This document shows, in pieces, positions 51,007-64,000 of a stretch of DNA of 64,000 nt. The notes beneath the pieces are model-generated. The model saw nothing but the letters and a program-made list of their open reading frames with translations. It made no database searches and was not told where the DNA came from. Every line of letters begins with the position of its first letter. The first letter of the stretch is position 1. The position numbers and the translations under genes were made by a program. Source of the stretch: Octopus sinensis (Eukaryota); contig NC_043009.1 in NCBI RefSeq assembly GCF_006345805.1, positions 33,542,001 through 33,606,000 of the forward strand, read 5' to 3'.

Positions 51007-51432
51007 CAGTAGTTTTATTTTATAGCGTGCTTTCACTTCACTACCGAGCACAGCTCTGTGTGCCTTGGGTATGTGCTGTGATTTGTTGTGATGCTCTGAT
51101 GGTTATTGTATGGAAAGTGTTCTGCGTAGGATGTGTGCAGTACTAGTAGTGCAATTTTTGTATGTATATATGTGCTTGTAAGTCCTGGTGTTTTGTTATG
51201 TATTTGTCTGAATATATTTTTATCATGCCTAATGCACCTACTATGATAGGGATTGTTTCTGTTTTCAGATTCCACATTCTAGTTACCTTCTATTTCCAGG
51301 TCTTTGTATTTGAGAGTTCTCCATTTCTTTTAGAGACACGTTGTCATCTGCCGGTATTGATACATCAATTAGAAAGCATTTTTTTTCTTCATGATCTCTG
51401 ACAACTATATCTGGTCTGTTGGCCTTAATTTC
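51007..51432 (-). mobile_element. R4/Dong-like RLE 3' fragment flanked on both sides by (TAA)n
   Basis: IKANRPDIVVRDHEEKKCFLIDVSIPADDNVSLKE, (S)KYKDLEI, IPIIVGALG, TAHILRRTLSIQ*, then a 3' UTR. Confidence 0.92.
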
Positions 51433-51458
51433 TATTATTAATATTATTATTATTATTA

Positions 51459-51494
<36 letters not shown>

Positions 51495-51839
51495 CATCAC
51501 CACCATCATCACCATCAACATCATCATCATTGAACTTATTGCAAAACATATCAAATTTCCCGCCAGTTTCCAAACCACCAAAAGTTTGTGCATTATTATT
51601 TTCCTCTAATTATAAATTGAATCCTTCTCAAGTCAATACTGTGAGACTGCCAATCAGTTATTATCACCAACATCATCATCATAATCATCATCATCATCAG
51701 CAGCAGCAGCAGTAGCAGGAGCATTGTCATTATTTATTTATTTATTTCTCTGTTTCGTTAACCTACTAACTGAATATGTAATTACCTCATCTTGAATACT
51801 TGAATACGTTCAACGAATGCATTGCTCTTGTTCGGCCTG

Positions 51840-51887
<48 letters not shown>

Positions 51888-52550
51888 CACACGCACACAC
51901 ACACACACACACACACACGCACGCACGCACGCGCACACACAAACACAACACACACGCACGCACGCACGCACGCACGCACGTACACCAAACAGTACTGTAT
52001 CGATTTTATCGTTGGCTGTAATCAATTGTCAATTGAGTTTAGTTAGAAGCAGCAGGTTTGCCAGCACTAATACCTCCTTCCTCCTCCTCCTTCGCTTCAT
52101 CCACCTCCTCCTCCTCTCGCAAAGCGCGACTGCATCGTGACCTACCTCTGCCTTCTACCACTGTCATGTGATATTTCATTTATTCCACTGCAGATATTCC
52201 ACCTTTTTATTGACTGCTATTTATATAACAAGCTCCTTTGGCAAAGACCCAGTCCTAATGAAATTGCTTGTTCGGACTGGGTTTGGGGCTTTTTGCCGTT
52301 TTCTCTCTCTCTTTCTCTCTCTTTTTGTTGTTGTTGTTGTTGTTCTTGACTTTTTCTCTTTTTTTTTTTTTGCGTTTTTTGGCGGGTTGTTTTCGTTGCT
52401 TTACGTTTTATGAAAACTTTTATTTTAAATTCTATTCTTAGTAATTGTTACCTGAAATATTAAACAGTGATTGTCTTCGATGCTTGCTTCACATCAAGTG
52501 TGCTGCCTTCAATAGACATTTCCAACAAGCTGTCCGTATTATTATTATTA

Positions 52551-52602
<52 letters not shown>

Positions 52603-53167
52603 TACATATTGTTGTTATATTACAACAGCTCGCTTCCTTTCGCTCGGGCTTTCACCTAATCTATTATGTCGCTATTATTTTGCTGGTTTCATATGCTGCA
52701 GAATTACCAAATTAATCTATTGTTTGTAGCTTTTGTCTGTCTGTTTGTCGGTATGGCGTGTATGGGGAGGGGTCGTGGGGAGTAGAGGAGGAAGGGTTGG
52801 CCGGATGGGAATTGCCAAAACAGGAAAAAAAAAATAGACGAATCAGATGCTTTCGGGACAAATAAATATCAGCTGACATTTTAGAGCATTGATTAAAAAT
52901 TGGGGAGTTGCTAATTAATATTGTTGTTGTTGTTGTTCTTGTTTGGTCCATAGGCAGTTCAGTCCAAACAAATATCTCATCAAAGGCGTTCCATCCATGG
53001 CATTCCATCCCATATTTTGTTGTTGTCGTTGTTTCAGACATACTGTATTCAATGTGCCCTTCAATATTTAAATAGGGAGATACTACTTTCATTTCTATAA
53101 GATGGAATGTCTGCAAAAAAAAAGATTCCCTCGTATTTTTATATACATTCGTGGTGTATATATTAGA

Positions 53168-53586
53168 TGGCACTGGATTAACCATTAAGCAAAATAAACA
53201 GGTGCTTAGGGCGTTAAGGGAAGGACGCGCCACTGAAACGGTAAAAGGTTTACGGCACAAAAGAAATCGCTTTAAACTTGCTAAAATAATACTCGAAGTG
53301 GTTTATATGATCGGAAATATAATTTCGAAATGTCCATGGTGCCATAGCGAAGATCTGATAAAAGACTTTGCAATCAAAAAACAAAGTAAGAGAAAACTTT
53401 TCAAATATAAAATGGAAATATACAAAAATAAACATTATTTTTCATCTTTCTGTTAATTTTGTTTCATTCGAAAAATATGAATTTATTTTATGGTTTATTA
53501 TTGTTTATATTTTGAATTACAAATATATTGGGGCACCAAAAATCACTTAAGTACTCGGGGCCACTATGGGTCTTAAGCTGGCCCTG
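53168..53586. mobile_element. Possible hAT-type MITE, decayed
   Basis: Right end is the reverse complement of CAGGGCCAGCTTAA; left end TGGCACTGGATTAA; 8-bp flanks ATATTAGA/ATATTGGT (6/8 match). Confidence 0.4.
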
Positions 53587-53649
53587 ATATTGGTATTCTC
53601 TAATATTGTGTATATTAGTTATTACTAATAAGTTATATATAGTTATATA

Positions 53650-53727
<78 letters not shown>

Positions 53728-53728
53728 A

Positions 53729-53823
53729 TTTTATAGAAGGAGCTTCTACAGGACTAGAACTGTTTCATTGATGATTTCATTTGAATGAAACAGTTCTAGT
53801 CTGTAGAAGCTCCTTCTATAAAA
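53729..53823. repeat. Fold-back inverted repeat, 40-bp arms
   Basis: TTTTATAGAAGGAGCTTCTACAG(G)ACTAGAACTGTTTCATT and its reverse complement, 14-nt spacer, one indel. Confidence 0.95.
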
Positions 53824-54095
53824 TAAATTAATTTACTCTGCTATGTATTGAGTACTTATTTACTGTGGTTAACCCGACTCAACCGGGACCTACATTATAT
53901 ATATATATATATAAATATATATATATAATATATATATATATATATGAGTTGAGCAAAAATTTGGATTCAGATGAATATGGTACTTAAGTTGAGACACCAG
54001 ACTTAGTACGGTATTATCCATACATTTCAAAATAAGGTGATTAAAATCAAAATAAGCAACAAGGATATCCAGAGGTAATGCAGTACGATCATTTT

Positions 54096-54201
54096 TTTTT
54101 TATGGGGTCAGTTTTAATTTATAGACTAGTTTATCAAATCCCTTGTATATTTAAGGGATTTGATAAACTAGTCTATAAATTAAACCTGACCCCATAAAAA
54201 A
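54096..54201. repeat. Near-perfect palindrome, 49-bp arms, 8-nt loop
   Basis: TTTTTTATGGGGTCAGTTTTAATTTATAGACTAGTTTATCAAATCCCTT-GTATATTT-reverse complement; one mismatch. Confidence 0.97.
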
Positions 54202-55199
54202 TCAGTGACAGGCAGTGTCTCCTTGAAAATTTTAGTTACGACTATGCTGTTGTAGGTACAACAAATTCTTTGTCTATCTCATTAACGTCTTGGAGATTTT
54301 AGGTACAATTATACTAATGTGTCTATCTGTTCTAATTTAATTAAATTCTATGTCTTTGTGCAGCTGAAGATTGCTCTACATTTTAAACTGATGTAATGAT
54401 TGCGTTGTTCAATTAAGTGGAGTTGCATGAAACGATCGTACTGCATTACCTCTGGATATCCTTGTTGCTTATTTTGAGTATATATATATATCAAAATATA
54501 TATCACAGTAGTGGCTGTGTGGTAAGTGGTAAGTAGCTTGCTAACCAACCAAATATATTATATATTCATCCCACTATGCGTGGCATCTTGGCAAGGCTTT
54601 GTATAGACCGGGCCCGACAATGCTTGTGAGTGGATTTGGTAGACGGAACGATAGAAGCCTATAATATATATAGTATATAATGTATGTGTTGTGTTTGTGT
54701 TGTGTCTGTGTTTGTTCCCCTAGCATTGCTTGACAACCGATGTGGTGGGTTTACGTCCCCGTATCTCTTAGCGGTTCGGCAAAAAGAGCCGATAGAATAA
54801 GTATGGGCTATACAAATATAATAATCCCCGGGGTCAGAGTTCCGAATAAAGGCGGTTGCTCCAGCATGCCGCATCAATACTGACAAACAAGTAAAAGATA
54901 CAAAAGACATATATACTATATATATATTATATATATATATATAATATATATACATATATATCTATATGATATATGTAGATATCGTATATATATAATATCT
55001 ATACATATAATTGAACATATGTAAATGTATATGTAGTATGTTGATGTACTGGCATGTGCATATAGAATATATTTAATATAATGTATGTATGTATGTAGTA
55101 TGTATGCATGTATATATGTATGCATGTGCCACATTATATAAATATATATATAATGTATGTATGTATGTATGTATGCATGTATATAGTACATGCCATATA

Positions 55200-55243
<44 letters not shown>

Positions 55244-55989
55244 GCACATATGCATACATATACATGCATACATAATACATAATAACATACATACCATACA
55301 TACATACATATAATAATACATTACATTATATATATATATCTAATCAAATAAGCAACAAGGATATCAGAGGTATGCAGTACGACGTTTCAGCAAACTCACT
55401 TAATTGAACAATGCAATCATAATCAGTTTAAAATGTGAGCAATCTTCAGCTGCCACAAAGACATTTTAATTAAATTAGAACAGATAGACACATTAGATAA
55501 TGTATACCTAAAATCTCCAAGACGTTAATGAGATAGACAAAGAACATGTTGTAACATACAACAGGCATATATATAGATATATATAATATGCATTACATAT
55601 ATATATATGATGTCTACATATATGCATCATACACACACACAACACATACATATTATTATATATATAATTATATATATATATAATAATAGAAATATATATA
55701 TATATATATATATATAGTTAAAGGCGGTAAAGCAGACATTCTCGACTAGTTCATTATCCAATTACGACCAACAGCTGTTTCATTAGCAATAGACATTATT
55801 AATTCCATATTTACTAAATTAACATACACAATTTATTAATTTAAATTCAAAGTATTATGAGTTACGTTAATGAGAAACCGGAAGTGGTTTAAATACAAAC
55901 GGAGAGAAAAGAAACTAATAAGAAAAAAATATATAAATACATAAATGTATATGTTTAATAAAAGAAACAGCGTCCGGTAATTTCCGAAT

Positions 55990-56310
55990 GAAATATATAT
56001 TACTATGTGTGTGGAGGCCAAGGCCCAGTGGTAGGCAGCGGACTCGCGGTCGTAGGATCGCGTTTTCGATTCCCAGATGGGCGTTGTGAGTGTTAGTGAG
56101 CAAAAACACCTAAGCTCCACGAGGATCCGGCAGGGGATGGTGGAGATCCCTGCTGTACTCTTCGCCACAACTTTCTTCATCATTCTTCTGTTGGCCTGCT
56201 CGCTTAGCCAGCGGGGGGTTGGCGTCATTTGAAGGCTAAAACAATGCGAAGCGCATTGTGACCAGCGATGTGTAGCAACATCAGATTGCCTGGTCGGTCA
56301 CGGTGAACAC
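55990..56310 (+). mobile_element. tRNA-derived SINE (family H)
   Basis: GGAGGCCAAGGCCCAGTGGTAGGCAGCGGACTCGCGGTCGTAGGATCGCGTTTTCGATTCCCAG: degenerate A and B boxes followed by a non-tRNA body. Confidence 0.75.
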
Positions 56311-56352
56311 ATATATGTAAAGCTGCTGGCCTGAAGACACAGCTACTAGTGG

Positions 56353-56397
<45 letters not shown>

Positions 56398-56477
56398 TGT
56401 AGATCAGTTGTATAAAAGTTCACTAGTAGTCTAAACTCTTCTTAATCTCTGTGTGTGTGTGTGTGTGTGTGTGTGGC

Positions 56478-56516
<39 letters not shown>

Positions 56517-57216
56517 CATTTATATGATAGAGTGTATAATATGGAAAACTCAGAAGTAACAGTTTACATTGCAAAGAAACAATTGTTGTGTATTTGTATT
56601 GTGATCAAAGAGTCTGTTCATTCTGTCGCTTTATAACTGTCAATAGCCGAAAGTTGCTACTGACAGTCGGGATTTAGCCAAACTATCCAGCCATGGCGTA
56701 GTAATCACTGATGACTTTTTTAATTCAAAGCGAATCTAGACTAATACGATGGTCTCGCTCGCTGTGCGGGCAGTTGTCTCCCCTGTCAGTAGTTGTACAT
56801 GCGCTTCTTTGTCGCCCTAAGGACTTTTGGCTCTTATTTCTAGCAATGTAGGTGCTACCCTGCACCGTCAGTCACAATTAATGACAACTGAATTTTTCCT
56901 TTTTTGGTTTTATATTGTTTATAGCCACCTTATATATATCTATATTTATATATAGACATATATGTTTGACAAGTGGGATGCACGAAACCCTCACCATATA
57001 TATATGTTTGTTTCAGTCATTTGACTGCGGCCATGCTGGAGCACCGCCTTTAGTCGAGCAACTCAACCCCGGAACTTATTCTTTGTAAGCCCAGTACTTA
57101 TTCTATCGGTCCCTTTTGCCGAACCGCTAAGTTACGGGGACATAAACACACCAGCATCGGTTTGTCACGCAATGCTAGGGGAACCACACAGACACACAAA
57201 CATACACGCACACACA

Positions 57217-57263
<47 letters not shown>

Positions 57264-57462
57264 CGGTGGGGCTTCTTTCAGTTTCCGTCTACCAAATCCA
57301 CTCACAAGGCTTAGTAGAAGACACTTGCCAGGTGCCACGCAGTGGGACTGAACCCGGAACCATGTGGTTGGTAAGCAGCTACGTACCACACAGCCACTCC
57401 TGCGCCTATGTGTGTATATACATATATATTATATATATATATATATAGATATATATAGATAT

Positions 57463-57493
<31 letters not shown>

Positions 57494-57729
57494 GAAATAC
57501 ACGTGAAATGATAGGGGGAAAGTAAGAAGAAAAAATAAGTGAAAATGCACATTGGAATCAAAAAAAAGCAAGGGTTTTTATGAAAAGTAACGATAGATAT
57601 ATACAATTAGATGAACCGAGGTAGGAATAAAAGTAATAAAAGTCATTATTGTGAATTGTTAAAGAGATTCAAAGTCATACCGGTTTCGTAAAATTACTAA
57701 TCATTGCTTTGAATGCACACCGACATATA

Positions 57730-57773
<44 letters not shown>

Positions 57774-58102
57774 ATGTGTGTGTGTGGAGTGTGCGTGTGT
57801 ATGTGTGTGTGTATGTGTGTGCGTGCGTGTGGTGGGGGGACAAGTGCTTTGCACGAAACTCATGCCATATATAGATGTATTCATATATATTGTTGAAGTC
57901 ATACGAATTTATAAACTTCCGAGAGAGTGTAGAAGAATTCTCTTTCGGAATCCATTCTCGACGTACATAAAACGTGTAAATATTGGGTTGAGAAACGCAT
58001 GTTGTTATTCATCGCTTTATGTACTTCGACAACCAATTTCAAAAGAAGAATTATTCCTAATTCTCTCTGAAGTTTATAAATTCTTTTGAGATCAACAACA
58101 TA

Positions 58103-58592
58103 CGAGGGTCGGCTGAAAAGTTCATAGGCTGACAATAAAGGAATGATGCTAAAGCTATGAAAACGTGCTTGCATTAATTTCAACCATTTTTATTAATAAC
58201 TGCATTGCTTTCTTTCCAGCTAAACTGATAACTGACTGTTCAAATAAGACTTCATATGTAACTAGTAACGACTTCTCTTGAAAATCGATTTGGCATTGTG
58301 GTGTTATCAAGTACCTGCAAGAAAAAAGGGTTTAGCCCCTAAGGATATTCATGCTGACATGGTTGTTATATTAGGGGATGGACACTCCAGCTTTGTCAAC
58401 AGTGCAAAATGGGCAGCTGAATTTAAGGATGGATGTCCTGCAACTGCGACCACCGAGGGAAATGTTGATCGTGTTCACCACAGGGTGATGGATGTCAGGC
58501 GATTGACTATAACTCAAAGAGCCAGCGTTGTTAGCATATTCTGTGAGAGAGCTAAGGATATTCTGCGCAATGAACTCCATACAACGAAGGTA
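58103..58592 (+). mobile_element. Mariner element 5' half: left TIR plus transposase HTH remnant
   Basis: TA|CGAGGGTCGGCTGAAAAGTTC terminus; KGLAPKDIHADMV.ILGD...KWAAEFK.G.PATATTEGNVDRVH..VMD.RRLT...ILRNELHTTKV matches a mariner N-terminus; no catalytic domain. Confidence 0.88.
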
Positions 58593-59162
58593 CGATTCTC
58601 ACTGATAAGAGTTAAAGTTCCTAAAATGGAGAGAGAAATTAGAAGTATTGTTTTCGTACAATGGTAGAACATCTGTCATGGAGACAGGAAGTGTGGGTTC
58701 GAGGCTCACGAGCAGCGTTTGACATTTTCTATCCAAAGGTAATTTCAACCCAGCATCTGCATGCTATTATTTATAGCTTTACAAGGCAACGATCTGCAGA
58801 ATCGTTACTGAGCCGGACCAAATACTAAACGGCATTTTTTTTCCGATTTTACGTTCTGAGTTTATATTGCACCAGGGTCAACTTTCCTATACACACAAAA
58901 TACATTCACACATCGTTTGTTGACTTTGCCAAGTGGTGGTGTTTCATGACCATCCGAACCGAAAACTTCGAAGCCACCAGAAGAGAAAAGGAAGAACTCA
59001 AACGACACTCTTCTGTGTAAGAATTGGTCTACAGAGTCATCAACAGTATCACCATAAAGGAGGCAAACAAAAGAATAAATTCTTGAATACGAGATAAAGC
59101 CGACGATCACCAAGATATGCACACACACACACACACCTACATGCATATATATATTATATATA

Positions 59163-59692
59163 CAGAGTGTCCAAAAAAAATGTATACACATGCTGCAACA
59201 GTCTGTCATGCCAAGCATTAGAGAGGACTTTGAACAGGAAGAGTTTTATTTCCAGCAAGAGGGGCACCTCCACACTGCCATCGCGATGTTAGATCCTTTC
59301 TTGATGGGATCTTGCCAAACAGGTGGATTGGACGGAGAGGTTTTGTCGAAACCCTCCACGTTCACCAGACCTCACACCACTAGACTTCTTTTTATGGGGA
59401 TACCTAAGGACAAAGTCTACGCACAGAAACCTGCAACAGTTGTTCAATTGAGGGCACCATTGAACATGAATGTACGAATATCCCAAGGGAATTGTTCCAT
59501 GATGTGTGCCATTCCATCGCTTCGCGTTGTCAGCAGTTGTCTGGAGCAGAACGGACATCAGTTTGAGAACATGCGATAACAAGACAATAGAATGATATTT
59601 GTAAATTCTTTTACATGTTGAAAATTATTCGAATTATAATAAACCCAAATTTACAATTATTAAGGTGTGTATACATTTTTTTGGACACCCTG
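59163..59692 (+). mobile_element. Internally deleted Tc1/mariner (maT-like) element with both TIRs and TA TSD
   Basis: TIRs CAGAGTGTCCAAAAAAAATGTATACACA / TGTGTATACATTTTTTTGGACACCCTG with TA on both sides; frameshifted transposase C-terminus (FYFQQ(D)GA..H, PPRSPDLTPLDFFLWGYLKDKVY, CLEQNGHQFE). Confidence 0.93.
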
Positions 59693-59705
59693 TATATACA
59701 TATAT

Positions 59706-59755
<50 letters not shown>

Positions 59756-60224
59756 TACATACACTTACATACTTAATACGCATGCACACATACATGCTTT
59801 AAAGACAAAGAACCAACAGAGTACCCTCAGCCTGCTTGCACACAAGCTGCTAGAAATAACCGCTATATAACTTCAATTAATTATTACTAACTTTAAGACA
59901 ACATGAAAAAGCACATAAGACAGCGTGGTTCAAACATATAAAATGTAAACGTGATGACCACGGATGGAACCTCTGATATAATAAATCAACAAGACCATAT
60001 CCAACATGGAACTACACAACAATAACAACAATTTAACAAGTATCCTTGTTAAATTCCAAAGATTTCTAATATTTCCTCAGACGTCTCCATCAACTTCCTG
60101 CGTCTTTCATTTGACAGTTTCGCCATGGTTTCCTTTTTTTTCTCCCTCTTCCGCAAAAAATAATTTTGATACTTTTGTCATTTCTGGCATTTCATATCTT
60201 ACACAGTATAAACACGTTGTAAAA

Positions 60225-60299
<75 letters not shown>

Positions 60300-60302
<3 letters not shown>

Positions 60303-60490
60303 TTCTCCTCTGTCTTCCTCCTTGGGATCTTTCCTTCTCCTTGTTTCCGACGAAGAGCTCCGCTCGAAACGTTAAACCCTCCTCCCTTCTTTCCTGAGCG
60401 TCAATAATACTTAATTGTTCCACGTCCTGCATGCTGTGCTTTTTCTCTCTTTTCTCTCTTTTTTTCTGGTTTCTTGTTTGGATTAACTTA
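60300..60490 (+). mobile_element. Penelope-like terminal-repeat fragment in (TA)n
   Basis: Contains a hammerhead motif, is flanked by (TA)n on both sides, and its 3' part matches 29462-29550. Confidence 0.65.
60343..60377 (+). ncRNA. Minimal hammerhead ribozyme motif, U4C variant
   Basis: GTTT-CCGACGA-A-GAGC-tcc-GCTC-GAAA-CG-TT-AAAC; stem I GTTT/AAAC, stem II GAGC/GCTC, palindromic AACGTT. Confidence 0.72.
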
Positions 60491-60492
60491 TA

Positions 60493-60590
<98 letters not shown>

Positions 60591-62009
60591 GCATATATAG
60601 AGGAGTGGTCGTGTGGTAAGAACCTAGCTTCTCAAAACAGGTTCCGGGTTCAGTCCACAAGTGGTGCCTTGGCAAGTGTCTTCTGCTATAGCCTCCAGCC
60701 GATCAAGATTTTGTGAGCGGATTTTGTCGTGTGTGTGTGTGTGTGTGTGTGGTGTGTGTGTGTGTGTGTGTGGTGTATGTGTGTGTGTGTGTGAGAGTGT
60801 GTCTTTGTGTCTGTGTTTGTTCTCCATCACAGCTTGGCAACCTGTGTTGGTGTGTTTACATCCCCGTAACTTAGGGTTCGGCAAAAGAGACTGATGGAAT
60901 AAATACTAGGCTTAAAAAATAAATCCTGGGGTGGATTTGTTCGATTAAAACCCTTCAAGGCGGTGCTGCAGCATGGCCGCAGTCAAATGACTGAAACAAA
61001 TGTGAATAATATACATATATATATATTATATATATATATATACATAGGTAAGTATGTGTGCAAAGATATATATATAGAGAGAGGGGTGGGAAGAGAAAGA
61101 AAGAAACAAACAAACAAACAAACATGCAAGAAAAAGACAGAGAGGCAAAGATAAATTGATTGACTGGCGTGTGTGTGTTTACACATAAATACAAATATAC
61201 ATACGCGCGCACACACATATACATACTAGTCAGTGCAAAGGAAATACTGTTTTAGATGTTTCTAAACCAAAGGAATCGCCAGAAAAAGAAGTGATAAACT
61301 CCTCTCAGAATAATTCTAAAATGATCGGTTTTGAGGTTTTTTCGAAAAAAAAATAGTAAAACTGCTTGACATCACAGACCCTCCTTTTAAAACATAAAAA
61401 GCTTGGAGTAAAATTGATAAGCATAATTACAACAAAACTGTGATGTACGTAAGGGAAAATAAGTTTATCATCATTCGATTTTAAAAGCCCTCGCTCTTAT
61501 TTCTTTTAAACACCAAATATACTTGGAGAAGCTTGTAGTATTTTTTTTTTTTAATGAATGAATAACTATGTTAACTAAAGCGTGCTTTGAGGCAATATTT
61601 GATCAATCCGATGCAAAAATTGGCCTACAATCATTGCTTGGTAACACCGAAGAGAATACAATAGAGTGTTTAATATGTATGAATATATGTATGTTTGTTA
61701 GTTTGTTTGTATATATGTGCGTACACACAATACACGCGCACACGCGTACGTACACATCCCATAATTTTAAAGAACATATTTCTTTGTGTAAACACGTAAA
61801 ATATGTTTTCACTGCAGCCGTCACATTGAGAGTGGCCCCAGTGCAGCCGTCGTCCCATACGTAGCTCCACCAGTGCCGCTGTCGGCGCATACGAGGCAGC
61901 ACCGGATTATTGTTAAGAAGTTGCATGTCTGGAGACATGTAAAAGCAACGAGAAAAAAAACAATGTCGGTGGCTCTTGTTTGCACAGCTGCGTCTTCTCT
62001 CAATGACTC

Positions 62010-63340
62010 TGTGTGTGTGTGTGTGTGTGTATGTGTGTGTGTGTATACATTCATGCATAAATACATACATACATGCACACACATATATACATACATACAC
62101 ACGTACATACATACATACACACATTTATACATGCATACATACATACATGCATACCACATACACACAACACACATACATACATACATACGTACATACATAC
62201 ATACATACATACATACTACCATACATACATACTACATAAATACTGCATACATACATACACACATACTCATACATAACATACATAAATACACACACTTACA
62301 TACAACACGTACATACATACATACACACATTTATACATGCATCATACAACATGCATACATACATACACACATACACACATACATCATACATACGACATAC
62401 ATACTACATACATACAGACATACATACATACATACTTAACATACATACATACATAACATACATACATGCATACATACTACATCAATACACAACATACATA
62501 CATCATACATACCATCGTATCTTACATACATACATACACACATATATACTCATGCATACATACATACACTGCATACAGCATACTAAATACATACATACAT
62601 ACATACATGCATACATACATACATAAATACAACACATACTTACATACCACATACATACATACATACATCACACATATATACATGCATACATACATACATG
62701 CATACATACATACATAAATACATACATACTTACATACATACATACACACATACATAAATACATACATACTTACATACATACATACACACATACTAAATAC
62801 ATACATACGTTAACATACATACATAATACATACACTTACATACAACATACATACATACATGCATACATACATACATACATACATACATGCATACATACAT
62901 ACATACATACATACATACATACATACATAAAACACACATACATACATACATAAAACATACAATACATACATACATACATACAACACACATACATACATAC
63001 ATACATACATACATACATACACACTACAAATACATACATACTGTACATACACACATACATTCATACATACATACACAATATAACCATGCATACTACATAC
63101 ATGCATACATACATACATGCATACATACACCACACATACATAATACCATACATACTTTCATACACACATACATACACATACATACTAATACTACATACAT
63201 ACATACATACATACATACATACATACATACATACATACATACATACTTACATACATATCATACATACTACATACATACATACATACATACTACATACATA
63301 CATACATACACTACACAGACATACACACATACACATCTGC
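62010..63340. repeat. Long degenerate (TACA)n satellite
   Basis: Read directly; many single-base indels. Confidence 0.97.
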
Positions 63341-63527
63341 TATGTGTATGTGTGTGGGAACGGGGTAACAAGGTCTCTATGTTCGTGAGCACATCGTTTT
63401 TGTTACTTATATTTAATTCTAGCTAACTATCGAGTAATATGTATGTGTCTGTGTGTGTGTGTACATGTGTCTGCGTGTGTGTGTGTGTGTGTGTGTGTGC
63501 GTGGTGTGTGTGTGTGTGTGTTGTATG

Positions 63528-63937
63528 GGCAATCTTCGTCTCTAGTAGACCTTCGTCGATTTCCGTAAAAAATTTTTTTGTTTTTACATATGGGCTTGCG
63601 GGAACTTTTGAATAATGAGAGCGAAAGAGCTAAGAGAAAGCGATTGTATGACGAGGAAGTTCTTTTGAAGTTACCGTGCATGGGAAGCTTGCATGTACAT
63701 GTGTGTGTGTTTGATGGGTGTGGGAGACAGACAGTATGTTGTGTAAGTGAGTGCTTCTGTTAGTGTGTGTGAAGAGACAGAGAGAGTAATGTGTGAAGAG
63801 AGAGATAACTGAAATTTTTTACTCGGTGTATGTGTATATGTATGTATATTACTTCAAAAGTCCCGCAAGCCCCATAGTAAAAATAAAAAAATTTTACGGA
63901 AATCGACGGAAAGGCCTACTAGAGACAAAAGATCGCC
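63528..63937. repeat. Imperfect inverted repeat, about 85-bp arms, about 240-bp spacer
   Basis: 63528-63612 matches the reverse complement of 63853-63937 with several indels. Confidence 0.85.
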
Positions 63938-64000
63938 TGTGTAGGTATACACCTACCATACATACGGGTGTATATAAATGTGTATCCGATGCCGTTGAGA

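Overview
Eukaryotic, AT-rich, repeat-saturated DNA, most likely intronic or intergenic sequence from an octopus (Cephalopoda). The species call is an inference from the SINE/LINE families and the dense (TACA)n/(TA)n/(TG)n/(TAGA)n/(TAA)n microsatellites. No intact protein-coding gene is visible. Nearly all listed ORFs are translated microsatellites, and the rest are decayed transposon proteins. Retroelements: five R4/Dong-like non-LTR fragments (restriction-like endonuclease, RLE), an L1/Tx1 element in two oppositely oriented halves, and a CR1-RTE chimera. DNA elements: a mariner 5' half, an internally deleted Tc1/mariner (maT-like) element with both TIRs, hAT-type MITEs and a non-autonomous Helitron. 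There are also several tRNA-derived SINE families. Most notable observations: (1) four minimal hammerhead-ribozyme motifs in Penelope-like repeats; (2) SINE multimers with target-site duplications (TSDs) whose junctions recur at one self-complementary site; (3) R4/Dong-like fragments embedded in (TAA)n or (CATA)n microsatellites; (4) nested fold-back palindromes at 53.7-54.5 kb; (5) a CpG-rich promoter/first-exon island at 34.1-34.9 kb where two opposite-strand ATGs share one CATG and each runs into a canonical splice donor. There is a 100-N assembly gap at 9522-9621. Boundaries of decayed repeats are approximate and were read by eye; family names come from motif recognition, not database searches.
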